Source: Dictyostelium discoideum (lineage: Eukaryota). Taken from it: DNA of 64,000 nucleotides. The DNA lies in assembly GCA_000004695.1 (NCBI GenBank), contig CM000152.2, positions 3,072,001 to 3,136,000 on the forward strand. Reading direction: 5' to 3'. The translations under genes were made by a program, and so were the position numbers. Positions 29,331 through 46,642 of this stretch are shown here, in pieces. The notes beneath the pieces are model-generated. The model was not told where the DNA came from. It ran no database searches and saw nothing but the letters and a program-made list of their open reading frames with translations. Position 1 is the first letter of the stretch; each line of letters begins with the position of its first letter.

Positions 29331-30263
29331 ATGTCAAGTGTTTCAAGAAAAGTGGCAAACGTTGCCAAAGGTTATAAAACCAAAGATGGTGCAGGTGTAT
29401 CTCTTTTACGAGTTATAGGTGGACCTATCCATTCTTAATGTTGGATGCATTTAAATCAGAGAATCCAAATGATTATATTGCAGGTTTCCCATCACATCCT
29501 CATAGAGGTCAACAAACTTTAACCTATATGATTGATGGTATAATGGCACAAAGATAACAAAGGAAATAAAGGATTATTAAAACCTGGTATGGTTCAAGTT
29601 ATGAATGCTGCAAGAGGGTATGTTTTTAAATTATTATTAAAAAATAAAACAAAATACTGATAATAATTTAAAATTAAAAATATATAGCATTATTCACTCA
29701 GAAATGCCAAAACAAGTTGAAGGTAAAATGTTTGGATTTCAATTTTGGTTAAATTTAGCAGCAGTAGATAAAATGTCAGATCCATGGTATAAAGATCTTG
29801 AAAGCTAAAGAGATTCCAGAAGTTATTACAAATGATAAAAAAGTTAGAGTTGTAGCAGGTCATTATGAAGGTGTTGAAGGTATAGTTAAAGGTTTACCAG
29901 TTAATCCAATATTTTTAGATGTTAAATTATCACCAAACACTAAATTCTCTGTTGATATACCAGATTTGGATCATAATTCATTCGTTTATGTTTTTGAAGG
30001 TGAAGGTAAATTTGGTCCAGAAGGTTATGAAACAGTTGTTGGTGATCTACAAATTGGTGTTTTAGAGAATAAAGATAGTTACAATTAAAGATAATGAAAT
30101 TACTCCAAATAAATTAGATGCTGGTGAAAATGGTGTTAGATTCCTCTTTTTATCAGCAAAACCATTAAGTGAACCAATCGCCCAACATGGTCCATTCGTT
30201 ATGAATACACAAAAAGAAATTCAACAAGCTTTCTTTGATTACCAAATGGGTAGATTTAATTAA
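29331..30263 (+). pseudogene. Pirin-like (cupin) pseudogene, disabled by at least four frameshifts and premature stops, but retaining one intact 69-nt GTATGT..AG intron at 29618..29686.
   Basis: Conceptual translation across three frames recovers pirin motifs: PFLMLDAFKSENPNDYIAGFPSHPHRGQQTLTYMIDG, DNKGNKGLLKPGMVQVMNAARG-intron-IIHSEMP, PWYKDL-KAKEIPEVITNDKKVRVVAGHYEG, and C-terminal GPFVMNTQKEIQQAFFDYQMGRF. Frame breaks lie near 29425, 29550, 29800 and 30075. Each shift is a 1-2 nt indel relative to the expected reading. Confidence 0.75.
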
Positions 30264-30841
30264 AATCAATATTAAAAAAAAATAATAATAAAAAGATTAA
30301 AAAAAAAATTGTACTATAATTAATGTAAAGTGGTTATTAAATTATTAACCAAGCACCAATTAAACAGAAATTATGCTGTTGAATTAGAAAATTAAAAAAA
30401 AAATATATATAAATAAATAAAATCTTCTAAATTAAACTTATGATTGATATATTATTGTAGATATAATAAATTTTTTTTTTTTTTTATTTTTTTTTTGTTT
30501 GTTATATTACAAATCCATATCCATATCTGGTGTAATGTCAATGCTATTATGTTTTTTTTATATGAAAAATGTCTAAGAGGTCATAGTCTATGGCTTTGTA
30601 TTTTCAATGAAATCCCAAACCAATGTAGTCTATGTTAACTTCATGGTCTTTTTTCTTATTGGAAGGTATGATTGGTATGAATTTGTTTATTGATTTTAAT
30701 TCTTTTGTGTGACCAATTCGTGTTTCCGCATGTTTATTTGATGATGGGCCCTTAAAATTTGGAAGTATTAACATAGGATTTGGTTTGGAACAATGTTCCA
30801 AAAAATAAAATAAATTTCCAAATCAAACCTTGATTATCAAT

Positions 30842-30852
30842 GACATCGAACC
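30842..30852 (-). promoter_or_regulatory. External B box (exB), GGTTCGATGTC, about 31 nt downstream of the tRNA-Arg 3' end.
   Basis: Dictyostelium tRNA genes commonly carry an extra B-box copy (consensus GGTTCGAATCC) a few tens of bp downstream. Here GGTTCGA matches exactly. Confidence 0.5.
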
Positions 30853-30883
30853 AGCGATCTTATTGTACAAGATATTAAAATTT

Positions 30884-30956
30884 CACCCATTGTGGGTCTC
30901 GATCCCACGACCTGCAGCTTAGAAGGCTGCCGCAATTCCAACTTTGCTAAACGGGC
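30884..30956 (-). tRNA. tRNA-Arg, anticodon UCU, 73 nt, no intron and no encoded CCA.
   Basis: The minus-strand cloverleaf is GCCCGTT-TA-GCAA-AGTTGGAA-TTGC-G-GCAGC-CTTCTAA-GCTGC-AGGTC-GTGGG-ATCGAGA-CCCAC-AATGGGT-G. The A box (TAGCAAAGTTGG) is good and the anticodon loop is canonical (U33, TCT, A37). Two features are atypical. The acceptor stem has two G·U pairs (1-72 and 5-68). The T-loop is ATCGAGA (A54, A60) rather than TTCGAAT. Confidence 0.7.
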
Positions 30957-31536
30957 TTTGTTGGAAAGTTATTTTTAATGCATCAAAAAATTAGGGTATT
31001 TTCCAATTAAAAAAAAAGTATTTTAATTAAAAAAGTGAACTATCAATTATTCAACCTATGGGAGGAGATCCGTTTAAAAGGTATTGATAATACTGGCAGT
31101 GGCTTGGACGCTATCAGGTTTTAAACGAAAAGCTTGAACCTTAATTTTGTCACAAACACTACAAGAGATTGCCATATATTTCTCAAATCAAATGGATAGA
31201 AGTTTACAGAAGTTTTCAATCCTCACCAATTTCAGTGGCTTTTGAATTTGGTAAATTTTTATTAATATTTGGATTTTTAAAAAAAAAAACGAAATTATCC
31301 AGATTTTAAAATTAAAAAAAAACAATAAAAAAATAAAGAAAAAAGGTAATAACTATTTAATTTAAATTTTTTGTTTTTTGTTCCCATTCGAATTCTTAAG
31401 TAAAGAAATTTCTTATTAATATTATTTAAAAAAAAAAAGTTAACTGAAAACAAGTTGGAGAATATTGTCAAAATCGAGTTTGCAGAGGTGTTGGTGAAAA
31501 CTTTCATTCAAGAACATTTTGTTCAAATTATTAAAT

Positions 31537-31619
31537 ATTCATTCATTCATTCATTCATTCATTCATTCATTCATTCATTCATTCATTCATTCATTCATTC
31601 ATTCATTCATTCATTCATT
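31537..31619. repeat. (ATTC)~21 tetranucleotide microsatellite.
   Basis: Read directly. It lies at the distal end of the GC-moderate, non-genic block upstream of the tRNA. Confidence 0.95.
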
Positions 31620-31911
31620 ATCTATTGATAACTAGATCTGATAAAAAAAAATCTTAATAAAATAATAGTTTTGATTAAAAACCTTTTTTATTTTATTTTT
31701 TTTTTTCTACATTGGACACTTAAATAAATTCGTATTTTTATTTTATTTTATATATAAAAATTAATTAATTTTGTAATAAAAAGAATTATTTAGTTTGAAG
31801 ATAATTTTTTTTTTTTTTTTTTTTTTTACCAAAATTTAATAAATAAACTAACTTTTTGTTTTTTTTTTTTTTTAAAAATTTTTTAATAAAGATTTTTTTT
31901 TTTTTTTTTTT

Positions 31912-33144
31912 TTATTGTTGAGCACAAGAAACACCTTGTGGATGACCACCATGTTGATCTTCATCATCGTCATCGTAAGCAGAGGATCTACTATGTGAAT
32001 GTTGTTTAGTATCGAAATCATGTAAAACGGCCTCTTCATCGATGCCATCGTGGGAAACTGGTTTTTGAACTGGTTTTGGTTTTGGAAGTATTTTCTCCAA
32101 GAGCTTAGCGTTTTCGGGTGTGATTTGACCAGAGGTTGGGAAAACGACATTGAATTTGATAAAGAGTCTACCCTTTTCAAAAGGTCTCTTGTAACCTGGC
32201 ATACCTTCGTTATAAATACATTTGATATCACCTTGTTTGATGATTTGAGTTGGTGGATTCTTTACGGTGATGACACGACCATCCAAATGGGTGATGTAAA
32301 AGGTGAAACCTGTCAAAGCCTCTAAAAGGGTCAACTCATGCTCCATGACGAGATCGTCGCCATCACGTTGGAATACTGGATGCTCCTTTTGAACGAGTAC
32401 AACGATGACGTCACCTGGTACGATATCAGGTGATTCGTAATCACCTTCCTCTGGGAAAACGATCTTTTGACCGTGTTTCATACCCTTGTCAATGTTTACT
32501 TCGAGTGTTTTCTTCTCTTGAATGGTTTTGTTACCTTTACATTTTGGACATCTATCTTTCTCACGGATAACATTGCCCTCACCTTTGCAAGATGGACATT
32601 GTGATTGTAACTTTTGGACCATACCTGGACCGATTTGTCTATGAATAACCTTGAAACCTTGACCATGACAATCGTCACATTTCTTTACACCATCCTTGCT
32701 TGTTGAACCTTTACCTGCGCAATCTGGACATTTGCTACTCTTTTGTAAGGCGAGTTTTTGAACTTTACCCTTGTATAAATCCTCGAGTGTAACTTTAAGA
32801 TTATGTTGGAGTGGTTCTCCTTTTCTTGGTCCACGTCTACCACCACGTCCTCCAAATCCTCCAAATCCACCACCACCAAAGAATTGTGAAAAGATATCAT
32901 CTGGTGAAAATCCTGCTCCACCTTCTTTCAAACCTTCTTCACCATATTTATCATAAAGTTCTCTCTTTTCAGTATCAGATAAAACTTCATATGCAACTGT
33001 AAGTTCTTTAAACTAAATTTTAAAAATAAAAAAAATTAGTAAAATAATAAATAAATATAAATATAATAATAAATATAATATTATTATTATATATATAATG
33101 TGTTGTGGGAATAAATTTGAATTTGAAATTTCAAATTCTAAACT

Positions 33145-33189
<45 letters not shown>

Positions 33190-33333
33190 AAATCTTACTT
33201 TCTCTACTGCAGCTGGATCTGGATTCTTATCTGGATGATATTTAATTGCTAATTTACGGTATGCCTTTTTAATATCAGTTTCTGATGCATCACGTGCAAC
33301 TCCTAAAATATCATAAAATTTATTATCGGGCAT
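31912..33333 (-). CDS. DnaJ/Hsp40 type I (DNAJA/Ydj1-like) with a C-terminal CaaX farnesylation box, 411 aa. Exons: 33333..33199, 33012..31912.
   Basis: The J domain has HPD ([45 protein letters not shown], then GTAAGA..AG, then [24 protein letters not shown]). A G/F-rich linker follows, then four CxxCxGxG zinc-finger repeats ([32 protein letters not shown]), a C-terminal peptide-binding domain, and the terminal CAQQ. Confidence 0.9.
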
Positions 33334-33746
33334 TTTGTTTTATGCGCTAATGTATATTTATATAAATGTTGTTGAAAATAAAAAAATATGAAAAACCCTA
33401 TAATTTATTTATTTGTTTTATTTGTGTTTGTTTTAAGAGTTTGTTAGTTTGTGTTTAAACATTTAAATAAAAATAAATAAAATAAAAAATGGTAAAAAAT
33501 TTAAAAAACAAATTAGATAAAAACACACACGGTTTAAAAAACAAAAAAAAACAAATTTAAAAAAAATAAATAAAAAATAAAATTAAAAATTATAAACTAT
33601 TTCTTTTTAGAAATGTAATATAACAATTAATCCTACATACTTTGTTTTAATTAATTTTAAAAAAAAAAAAAAAAAAATTATATATATATAAATATCCTTA
33701 AAAGAAAAAAAAAAAAAAAAAAAAAAATGAAAAAAAAATTAAAGTC

Positions 33747-33782
<36 letters not shown>

Positions 33783-34630
33783 GAAAAAAATTAAATTTTT
33801 GTCGTTATAATTCGTTTTAATTTCACCCAAATTTCATTTTTTTTTCTTTTTTTTTTGTTTTGTTCGTGAAGTTTTAATAACCGAAAACAAAGTTTTAAGG
33901 AATATAGTTTTAATTTAAGTTGAAGAAAAAAAATAAAATAAAAATAAAAACCCTCAACTTAATTTCGATTATTTTCATTTTTTTTCTTATTTTAATAACA
34001 GTTTAACTTCCCCAAAAAAAAAAAAAAAAAAAATTAAAAAAAAAAAAAAAAAAAATAAAATGAATTTTTTTTTTTTTTGCAAAAACTCCTTAAATACCGA
34101 AGTTCGATTTAATATATTCAGTTATTTAAATTATTTTAATTTTAATTTTAATTTTTATAAAAATAAAATAAAATGAAATAAAGAAAATCTTAACAAACGA
34201 ACTTTTTTTTTTTTTTTTTTCCTAAAAATATTTGGAAAAATATAATTATATAAAAAATTTTTATACATATGTATTGTCAGTCCATAAATTATTTATTTTT
34301 TTATATTTTTCCAAATATGTTTAAAAAAAAAAAAAAAAAATGATACAACAATAATTTTTTTTTTTTTTTGTTATTTTTTAATTTTATTTCCAAAGGAATC
34401 TTGGTTTGATAAACATTTTATTTATTTTTTTTTGGATATTTTTTTTTATTTATTTTATGTTTTTTATTATTTTATATTTTTTTTTTTATATTTTTACTAT
34501 TATATATTGTAAATATAGATAGATATATGTACATTGTAATATTATTTTTATTATTATTATTATTATTTGGATTATTATAATTTTGAGAATAAAAAAGACA
34601 GATAATAATTAAAATTTTAATATATTATTA

Positions 34631-34725
34631 TTAAAACATTAATTCATCATCTTCATCTAAAATTTGTTCTTGTTGTCGTTCTTCTTGTTGTTCACCTTCT
34701 TGTTGTTCTTGTTGTTCTTTAATTA

Positions 34726-34756
<31 letters not shown>

Positions 34757-35033
34757 TCTTGGTATATAAGTACTATTATTATTTTCATCGAAATCCAAAA
34801 CATCATCATCAATTAAACTATCATGTACAGAATCTTCCAACCAATTAAAATCTACATCAGCAGTAGTTGATTCTTTTATACTATTTGTAAATGATGAAAC
34901 ACTACTTCTTTTACTATTATTATTACTATTACTATTACTATTGCTATTGCTATTATTGTTGTTGTTATTTTCCAAGTCGTCCAAAGTTAATTCTGTAAAT
35001 AAAAATAAAAATATCAATATTATTAATATCAAT

Positions 35034-35074
<41 letters not shown>

Positions 35075-36361
35075 ATAATTACCTTTTTCATAAAAAGATA
35101 AACCTTTTTTAGCATCTCTTAAATTATTCGAAATTTCATCAGAAATTTCATTAAACGCTAATTTATTATCTTGATTTAAACTAATTTCCAATGACTCTAT
35201 ATCAATTTCATCTACATTATCAGATCGTCTCTTTATGGATGAAGTTGAAGTTGAATTTGCTGTTGTTGTGGTTGTTGTTGTTTTAGTTATTGATTTTGGA
35301 GTTGTAGTTTGTTCATCTGTAGGGTTTGTTTTTGTAATAAATGATTTTTTTGTTGCACTTGATGTTGTTGAGTTTGTAGCTGTAGTTGATGGTGTTTTAG
35401 TTGATGATAAAGTGGCGGAAGAAGAAGAAGATGAAGATGATGATGAAGATTTAGGAGTTGAAGTTAAAGTTGAAGGTCTTTTTAAAGCAGATGTTGTTGT
35501 GGAACCAATTGGTGAAGATGTAGTACTGGATGATATTCTTCTAGTTGGTGTTGTTGAGGTTGTCGTTGTTGAGGTTGAGGTTGTTGTATTAGTAGATGAT
35601 GATAATTTTGAAGGTGTAGGAGTTGAAAGTGGTGAAGATGGAGTTGATTTTGATTTTGTTAAAGTTGGAGCAGGTGGTGTTGGTCCTGGTGGTGAAATTG
35701 GTGATTTAATAATTGGTGGTAATGATCTAGTTAAATTTGAACTTGATGATTGTTTAGATAATGAAGTTGTAATTGCTCTAGTTCCAATACTACTATATCT
35801 ACCAGACTGTGTCGATGTTGCTAAATTTGGACTTGATGATGATGCAGTTTTAGTTATCATTGTTGTTGGTGTTTTTGATATTGGTGATTGTGATGAAGTA
35901 CTCATACCACCACCACCTCCACCACCACTACCACCAGTAATAACATCTTTTCTGGTTGTACCTAAACTTGATTTACTTCTAATTATATTTGATGCATCTA
36001 AAGGTCTTTTTATTGAACTACTAACTTCAGTTCTATTACCTATTGATGAACCTGATCTTAAGCTTGTTGATGATGATGATTGTGTTTTATTTGGTGTAGT
36101 TGTAGTAGTAGTGGTAGTTGTTGTTGTTGGGGTAGTATTTGTTGAAGATCTTATTTTTAAACCAGAAGCTCTACCAGTTGTTGGAGTTTTTGATCTAGTT
36201 GTTGATGTATTATTATTATTATTATTATCATTATTATTATTATTATTATTATCCTTTTTAAAATCATTTAAATCAAAATCTAAATCATTTGAATCTTCAA
36301 CCATTTTTTGATGTTGTTCCTCTTCAAAGAGGGAATTTTTTAATTTTTCACAAAATTCCAA
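34631..36361 (-). CDS. Ser/Thr/Asn-rich low-complexity protein segment of about 576 aa. It is most likely the C-terminal continuation of the TOG/HEAT-like gene immediately upstream, in a different frame.
   Basis: The ORF frame reads sensibly upstream of its first Met (NPLFYTHFTPTTQKNLFTVQEHLKGDQLEFCEKLKN...). It directly abuts the stop of the 36373..37388 gene. See the finding on the frame break near 36441..36453. Confidence 0.5.
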
Positions 36362-36372
36362 TTGATCACCTT

Positions 36373-37388
36373 TTAGATGTTCTTGAACAGTGAAAAGATT
36401 CTTTTGAGTGGTTGGAGTGAAATGAGTGTAGAATAAAGGGTTGCACTCTTTTCATTTAGTTCAGAATAAGCCCAAAAACAATAACGTGCCATTTGACGAG
36501 TTTCACTAGCGCCATCGATTAACAGCTTTTGAATGGATTTCTCCAATGCAGGCACACTGCTAACCAGAATCATACCATCGTTCTCGATGGCCCTGCTTAG
36601 AACTATGTAAATATACTCTGAGCATCTTTTACGTAATTGCTCGTTATGTTGGTCTAATGATGCGTCTAAAAAAGTTTGTAAAAGGTTTTTGGTTGAAACA
36701 CTCTCTAGAATATCTTTCAATGTCTGATGTGCAGATTCAGAGATTATCGTTGTTTTAACAGGTACCATTCTAATTAATGCTTGAGTATATTGTAATGCGA
36801 ATGGTTCAAACTTTGATTTCATTCTAAATCCCAACAAACTAACACTTGCACATGCCTCTTTAACAATGGTTGATCTTAATTCTGTCAATTGTTCAATCAA
36901 TGCTGGTGAAATCGATCTCAACATTGAACTCCACCCTTTAAATTCTATACCATTACCATTTATAATCCTTTGTAAAATTTGTAATGCTTTTAATCTAAAT
37001 GTCCATTCTTTATCTTTATTTCTAAATTCACTAACAATATCATCTAATTTTTTTTGTAATTCTTTTTCATTTTCAAACTAAAATTTTTTAATAATAATAA
37101 AAAAAAAAAATAAAAAAATAAAAAAAAATTTAAATAATAATAATAACATATTAATATTTATATATGTATGTGTGTGTGTATGTGTGTTTTTTATATTTTT
37201 TATTATTTTTTTTTTAAAAATAAAAAAAAACTTACATCTAATGGTGAATTATCAACTTTAGTTTGTGTAAATAATCTTGAACCTACTGTGTTAGTGCTAC
37301 TACCACTACCACTACTACTTGAAGGTGATGATGATGTTGATGTTGAGGAGGATGATGTTGGTACAGTTGATAATCTTGATGTTTTCAT
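36373..37388 (-). CDS. TOG/CLASP-N-like HEAT-repeat domain protein, N-terminal part. Exons: 37388..37236, 37077..36373. It ends at a TAA that may be created by a 1-nt frame break.
   Basis: Exon 1 (MKTSRLSTVPTSSSS...NSPLD) has a GTAAGT donor. Exon 2 (FENEKELQKKLDDIVSEFRNKDKEWTFRLKALQILQRIING...RQMARYCFWAYSELNEK) looks like a TOG-type HEAT array. The family assignment comes from the repeat pattern only. Confidence 0.55.
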
Positions 37389-37408
37389 ATCATTTAAAAT
37401 TACAAATT

Positions 37409-37450
<42 letters not shown>

Positions 37451-37600
37451 TTGTTTAATAAATATAAATATGTGTGGATTTTGTGAAAAAATTTTCAATA
37501 TTTTTTTTTTTTTATTTTCATTTTTTTTTTTTTTTATTTTTTTTTTTTTTTTTTTTGTTCCCAATTTTTCAACCGAAGTCACCATTTACTTTCATTTTTC

Positions 37601-37643
<43 letters not shown>

Positions 37644-37724
37644 TATTTTTATCTTTTTTATTTTTATCTATTTTATTTTTACCTTTTTTTTTATTTTATT
37701 TTTATTTATATTTTTATTTTTATT

Positions 37725-42793
<5,069 letters not shown>

Positions 42794-43386
42794 TATGATG
42801 AGTTGAATTTATTTTTTTAATTTAAAAATGAAAAAAAAAAAAAAAAAAATAAATTAAAAATGAAAAATTATGAAACGAAAAAAAAAAATAAAATAAAAAA
42901 TTAAAAAATTGGGTTTTTTTTTTTGGGTGAATAGAAGATACACATTTTATTTATTTAAATTCTTTACTAAATATGTATAAATTCTATTGGGAGGTTTTTT
43001 TTTTTTTTTTTTTTTTTTAATTTTTTTTATATTATTATTTGTATTATTTTTGTAATTATTGGTGTTATTTCTATTAATATTATTATTATTATTTTTTTTT
43101 TTTTTATTATTTGATTTATTTTTATTATTTTTTTTTTTATTATTTTTATTATTTTTTATTATTTTTTTTATTATTTTTATTTTTTTTATTTTTATTATTT
43201 ATTTTTATTATTGATTTGGAATTATTTATTTATTATATTTATTATTTTTATTATTTTTTAAATCCCTTTCTCATTAAATATTTTTTTTTTTTTTTTTATT
43301 TTTTTTTTTTTTTTTTTTTTTCAAGAAGAAAAAAAAAAATTAGAAAATAAAAAAAAATAAAAATATTTTCCAAATGTTTAATTGAA

Positions 43387-44136
43387 TTATTTTTGGGAAA
43401 TATTTGCAATTAATGATTTTGAATTTAACCAAGGATTATTTTGATTTAAATTCTTTTTTAGCATTTGAGTTGAACAGGTTGAGGCGAGACGTGGGAACTC
43501 TATTTCAGAGAAATTGTAAGGAGTGGTGACAAAGTTGACCAAGGAGGAGCTACATTCATCCATAAGTTCCCAATGTTCTAATTCCTTTTCTCTTTCATCT
43601 GGTTGTTCATTGAAAACGACAAAGTCGTTTTCAATGTCATCATTTGGATTCTTTACAATGACGACATCTGTTTGTTTTAGACTCAATTCGATGGCCTTTT
43701 GGATGTCGGAATTCTCTCTAGCATTGGCATTGGTGAAACGAAGTTCATGTTGGAATACACCATTTGGACCGAGTTTGACACAGAACGAGGTTTCGTAGGT
43801 TGGTTCATCAACATCATAATCTTGTGGTTCTGGGAATAAAGATTTCTTATCTTTATCCTCGCCATAAATTAATGGTGGACGATTTGTTTTTATATTGTTG
43901 TTGTTGTTGTTATTATTATTGATACTATTTGTTTGTGGTGGAGCATTGGCTAAACGAATTAAAGTAAGTCTATGCTTTTCTTCTTGTTCCTTCAACTTTT
44001 TTTGATCCTCCAACTTTTTAATTTCAAGTTTTTTTAATTTGTCAACTTTAAGGATTTCTTTTTGTTTTCTAATATTTACATCTTTTTTGTTTCTATTTCT
44101 ACAGTCGAGGCCAAATCTTGGTGGTGTTGATTCCAT
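43387..44136 (-). CDS. Hypothetical protein, 249 aa, with a ubiquitin-interacting motif (ENSDIQKAIELSLKQ) and a Lys/Glu-rich coiled N-terminus.
   Basis: A single ORF with an ATG at 44136 after AT-rich upstream sequence. The UIM consensus (acidic residues, then A-I-x-L-S) is seen directly. No other recognisable domain. Confidence 0.55.
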   Translation of the reverse strand: MESTPPRFGLDCRNRNKKDVNIRKQKEILKVDKLKKLEIKKLEDQKKLKEQEEKHRLTLIRLANAPPQTNSINNNNNNNNNIKTNRPPLIYGEDKDKKSLFPEPQDYDVDEPTYETSFCVKLGPNGVFQHELRFTNANARENSDIQKAIELSLKQTDVVIVKNPNDDIENDFVVFNEQPDEREKELEHWELMDECSSSLVNFVTTPYNFSEIEFPRLASTCSTQMLKKNLNQNNPWLNSKSLIANISQK

Positions 44137-44685
44137 TTTTTTAATATTATATATATATATATTATACTTTTGATAAGGTTTGGTAGATAATTTATATAAA
44201 AAAAAAATAAAAAAAATAAAAAATTAAATTTAATAAATAATTATATAATTTATATATTATCTATTTAAAAGAATGAAAAGGAAAATTTATTTTATACAAG
44301 AAAAAATTTTTTAAAAAAAAAATTATTTATTATTTTTAATAAAAAAAGACAAAAAGAGTATAAAAAAAATATTTGGAAAAAATTATTATTATTTAAAAAA
44401 AAAATTATTATTATTTAAAAAAAAAAGAGGATATTATTATTATATTTACAAAAATGAAAAGAAAAAAAAACAAAAAATAAAATAAAAAGGTTTATATAAT
44501 TAAAAAAAAATAAAAAATAAAAAAAAAAAAAATAAAAAAAAATAAAAAAAAACAAAAAAAAATAAAAAAAAATAAATATTTAAAAAAAAAAAAAATTAAA
44601 TTATTATAAAATTATTTTGATGACAAATGGATAATTTAATATGGGAAATATAAAATAAAATGGGTTTTGTATATATATGTATATA

Positions 44686-44718
<33 letters not shown>

Positions 44719-44760
44719 ATTATTTAAATTTATGATAAATAAAGATAATTGTGGTGAGGT

Positions 44761-44809
<49 letters not shown>

Positions 44810-45746
44810 GGTTAGATTATGTGGACTGAGAATTTGAGAAAAAATAAATAAATAAAATAAAAAAAAAAAAAAGAAAAAAAATAAAATAAAATATAAAAAA
44901 AATGTTAATATTTAAATTTCAAAAAATTGATATTATTTAAATTTTTAAATTTCCAACAAAACAAAAAAATAATGTTGTGATGATAGTCATTTTTTTTTTT
45001 TTTTTTTTTTTTTGGAATCTAATAAACCCTCCAAAATTTTTTTATTCGTTATACATGTAGAGAGATGGGTAAAAAGAAAAAAAATATTTAAATAAAACCA
45101 CCACCAATATATTACACTAGATACCCAAATTTCCCCATGTGTTAATTTGTTTACAGATAAAAAATATTTTTTAAAAAATGTCAATTTATTATTTTTTATT
45201 CTTAAAAAACTACCACTCTTATAATACACACACATACATAAAATACAATACATGTAAGCTTGGTAAAATATTCTATTTTTTTTTTTTTTTTTTTTTTTTC
45301 CAATTTTTTTTTTTTAATTTTTTGGTTTTAATTAATTAAAAATTATTATTATTATTATAATAAAGAAATTACCACTTTTATATATTACAACAGAGAATTC
45401 TCTTACCGTATCTATTTTATTATAATAATGGTTTTTTATTTTAATTTATTTTTTATTTATTTTTTATTTTTGTTTTTTTTTGTTTTTTTTGAATGGATTT
45501 GGGGGTAATTTAAAATAGTAATGAAATAATAAAAATAATAAAAATAATAAAAATAATAATAAAAATAATAAAAAAATTAAATGAAATGAAACATTCATAA
45601 TAAATGAAGTAAAAAATAATTTAAATTAACAAAAATTAACAAATTTATCAGTTGCATATGAAATTAAAATAAATTATTATTATTATATGAATAAAAAAAA
45701 TATTTGGAAAAAGAAAATAATTGTGTTTTATAATTTTATAATTTAA

Positions 45747-45788
<42 letters not shown>

Positions 45789-46608
45789 AAAGTTAGAAAA
45801 TATGGAATAATATTAATATTTTAATCACTTACCAATTGCTATTGAATCCAAAAGGAAATGGTTTTTTTTTAAAAAAATATAAAAAAAAGGGAAATACAAG
45901 TTAAATTTTTTTAAAAAAAATATAAAAAAAAGATATATACAAATAAATACAGAAAAAAGAAAAAAAAAAAAATTAAAAAAAGATAAAAAAGAAAAAGAAG
46001 GAAAAAAAAAATAAAAAAAAAATAAAAAAAAAATAAAAATAAAAAAATAAAAAAAGGTTAAAAAAAAGTTAAAAAATTAAATATATAAAAAAAACAAAGA
46101 TTGAAATAAATTGGTGATTAGATTAGGATGATGAGTGATTGTTAAAATGAAAAAAAAAAAAAAAAAAAAAAAAAAATGAAAAAAATTAAAACAATATTAT
46201 TAAGAAAAAATTAATAAAATTTAATTAAATTTATGATCATTTTTTTTAATTTTTTTTTTTATTAAAAAAAAAAAAAAAAAAAACCACTTGATATCTCACA
46301 AAAATGAGAGCACTGCAAATTTTTAATAAAAAATACATTTAATAACCCAGTCAAAAAATTAAAATTAAAAAAAAAAAAAATATTCAAAAATAAAAAATTA
46401 ATAAAAATAATAAATATAATATGACATCCAACTGTCTTGATTTTTTTTAATTTTAATTTTTTGAATTTTTTTTTTTTTTTTTTTTGAATTTTTTTTTTTT
46501 TTTTTTTTGATTTATTAAAATTAAATTGTAATTTACAATAAAACAAATTTTTTGTGTGTGTTTTTTTTTTTTTTTTTATATCTTTAATAAATATTGAGAG
46601 ATATTGAT

Positions 46609-46630
46609 AGAGAGAGAGAGAGAGAGAGAG
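46609..46630. repeat. (AG)11 dinucleotide repeat in the 5' leader immediately upstream of the ATG at 46643.
   Basis: Read directly. Confidence 0.95.
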
Positions 46631-46642
46631 AAAATATAAAAT

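Noticed and set aside
30891-30898. TTGTGGGT, a reverse-strand DUSE match, next to the tRNA.
   Set aside because: It lies inside the tRNA-Arg T-arm (GTGGG...CCCACAA). The match comes from tRNA sequence, not from an upstream element.
35235-36311. 358-aa plus-strand ORF rich in Val/Asp/Glu.
   Set aside because: It is the antisense reading of the Ser/Thr-rich minus-strand gene with no independent signals. The same applies to 17494..17820 and 18354..18587 (antisense to hdaC), 53516..53848 (antisense to grp94), 24433..24705 and 24833..25069 (alternative frames of sepsecs), and 25771..26340 (alternative frames of the GAD gene).
44140-46600. Possible gene in the 2.5-kb spacer before the N-myristoylated gene, including the GC-moderate patch at 45040..45290 and the ORF at 44987..45253.
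   Set aside because: There is no ORF with sensible composition, signal peptide or domain, and no splice signals. The ORF is low-complexity (MYCILCMCVYY...KKKKKKKK). It is more likely promoter or UTR sequence.
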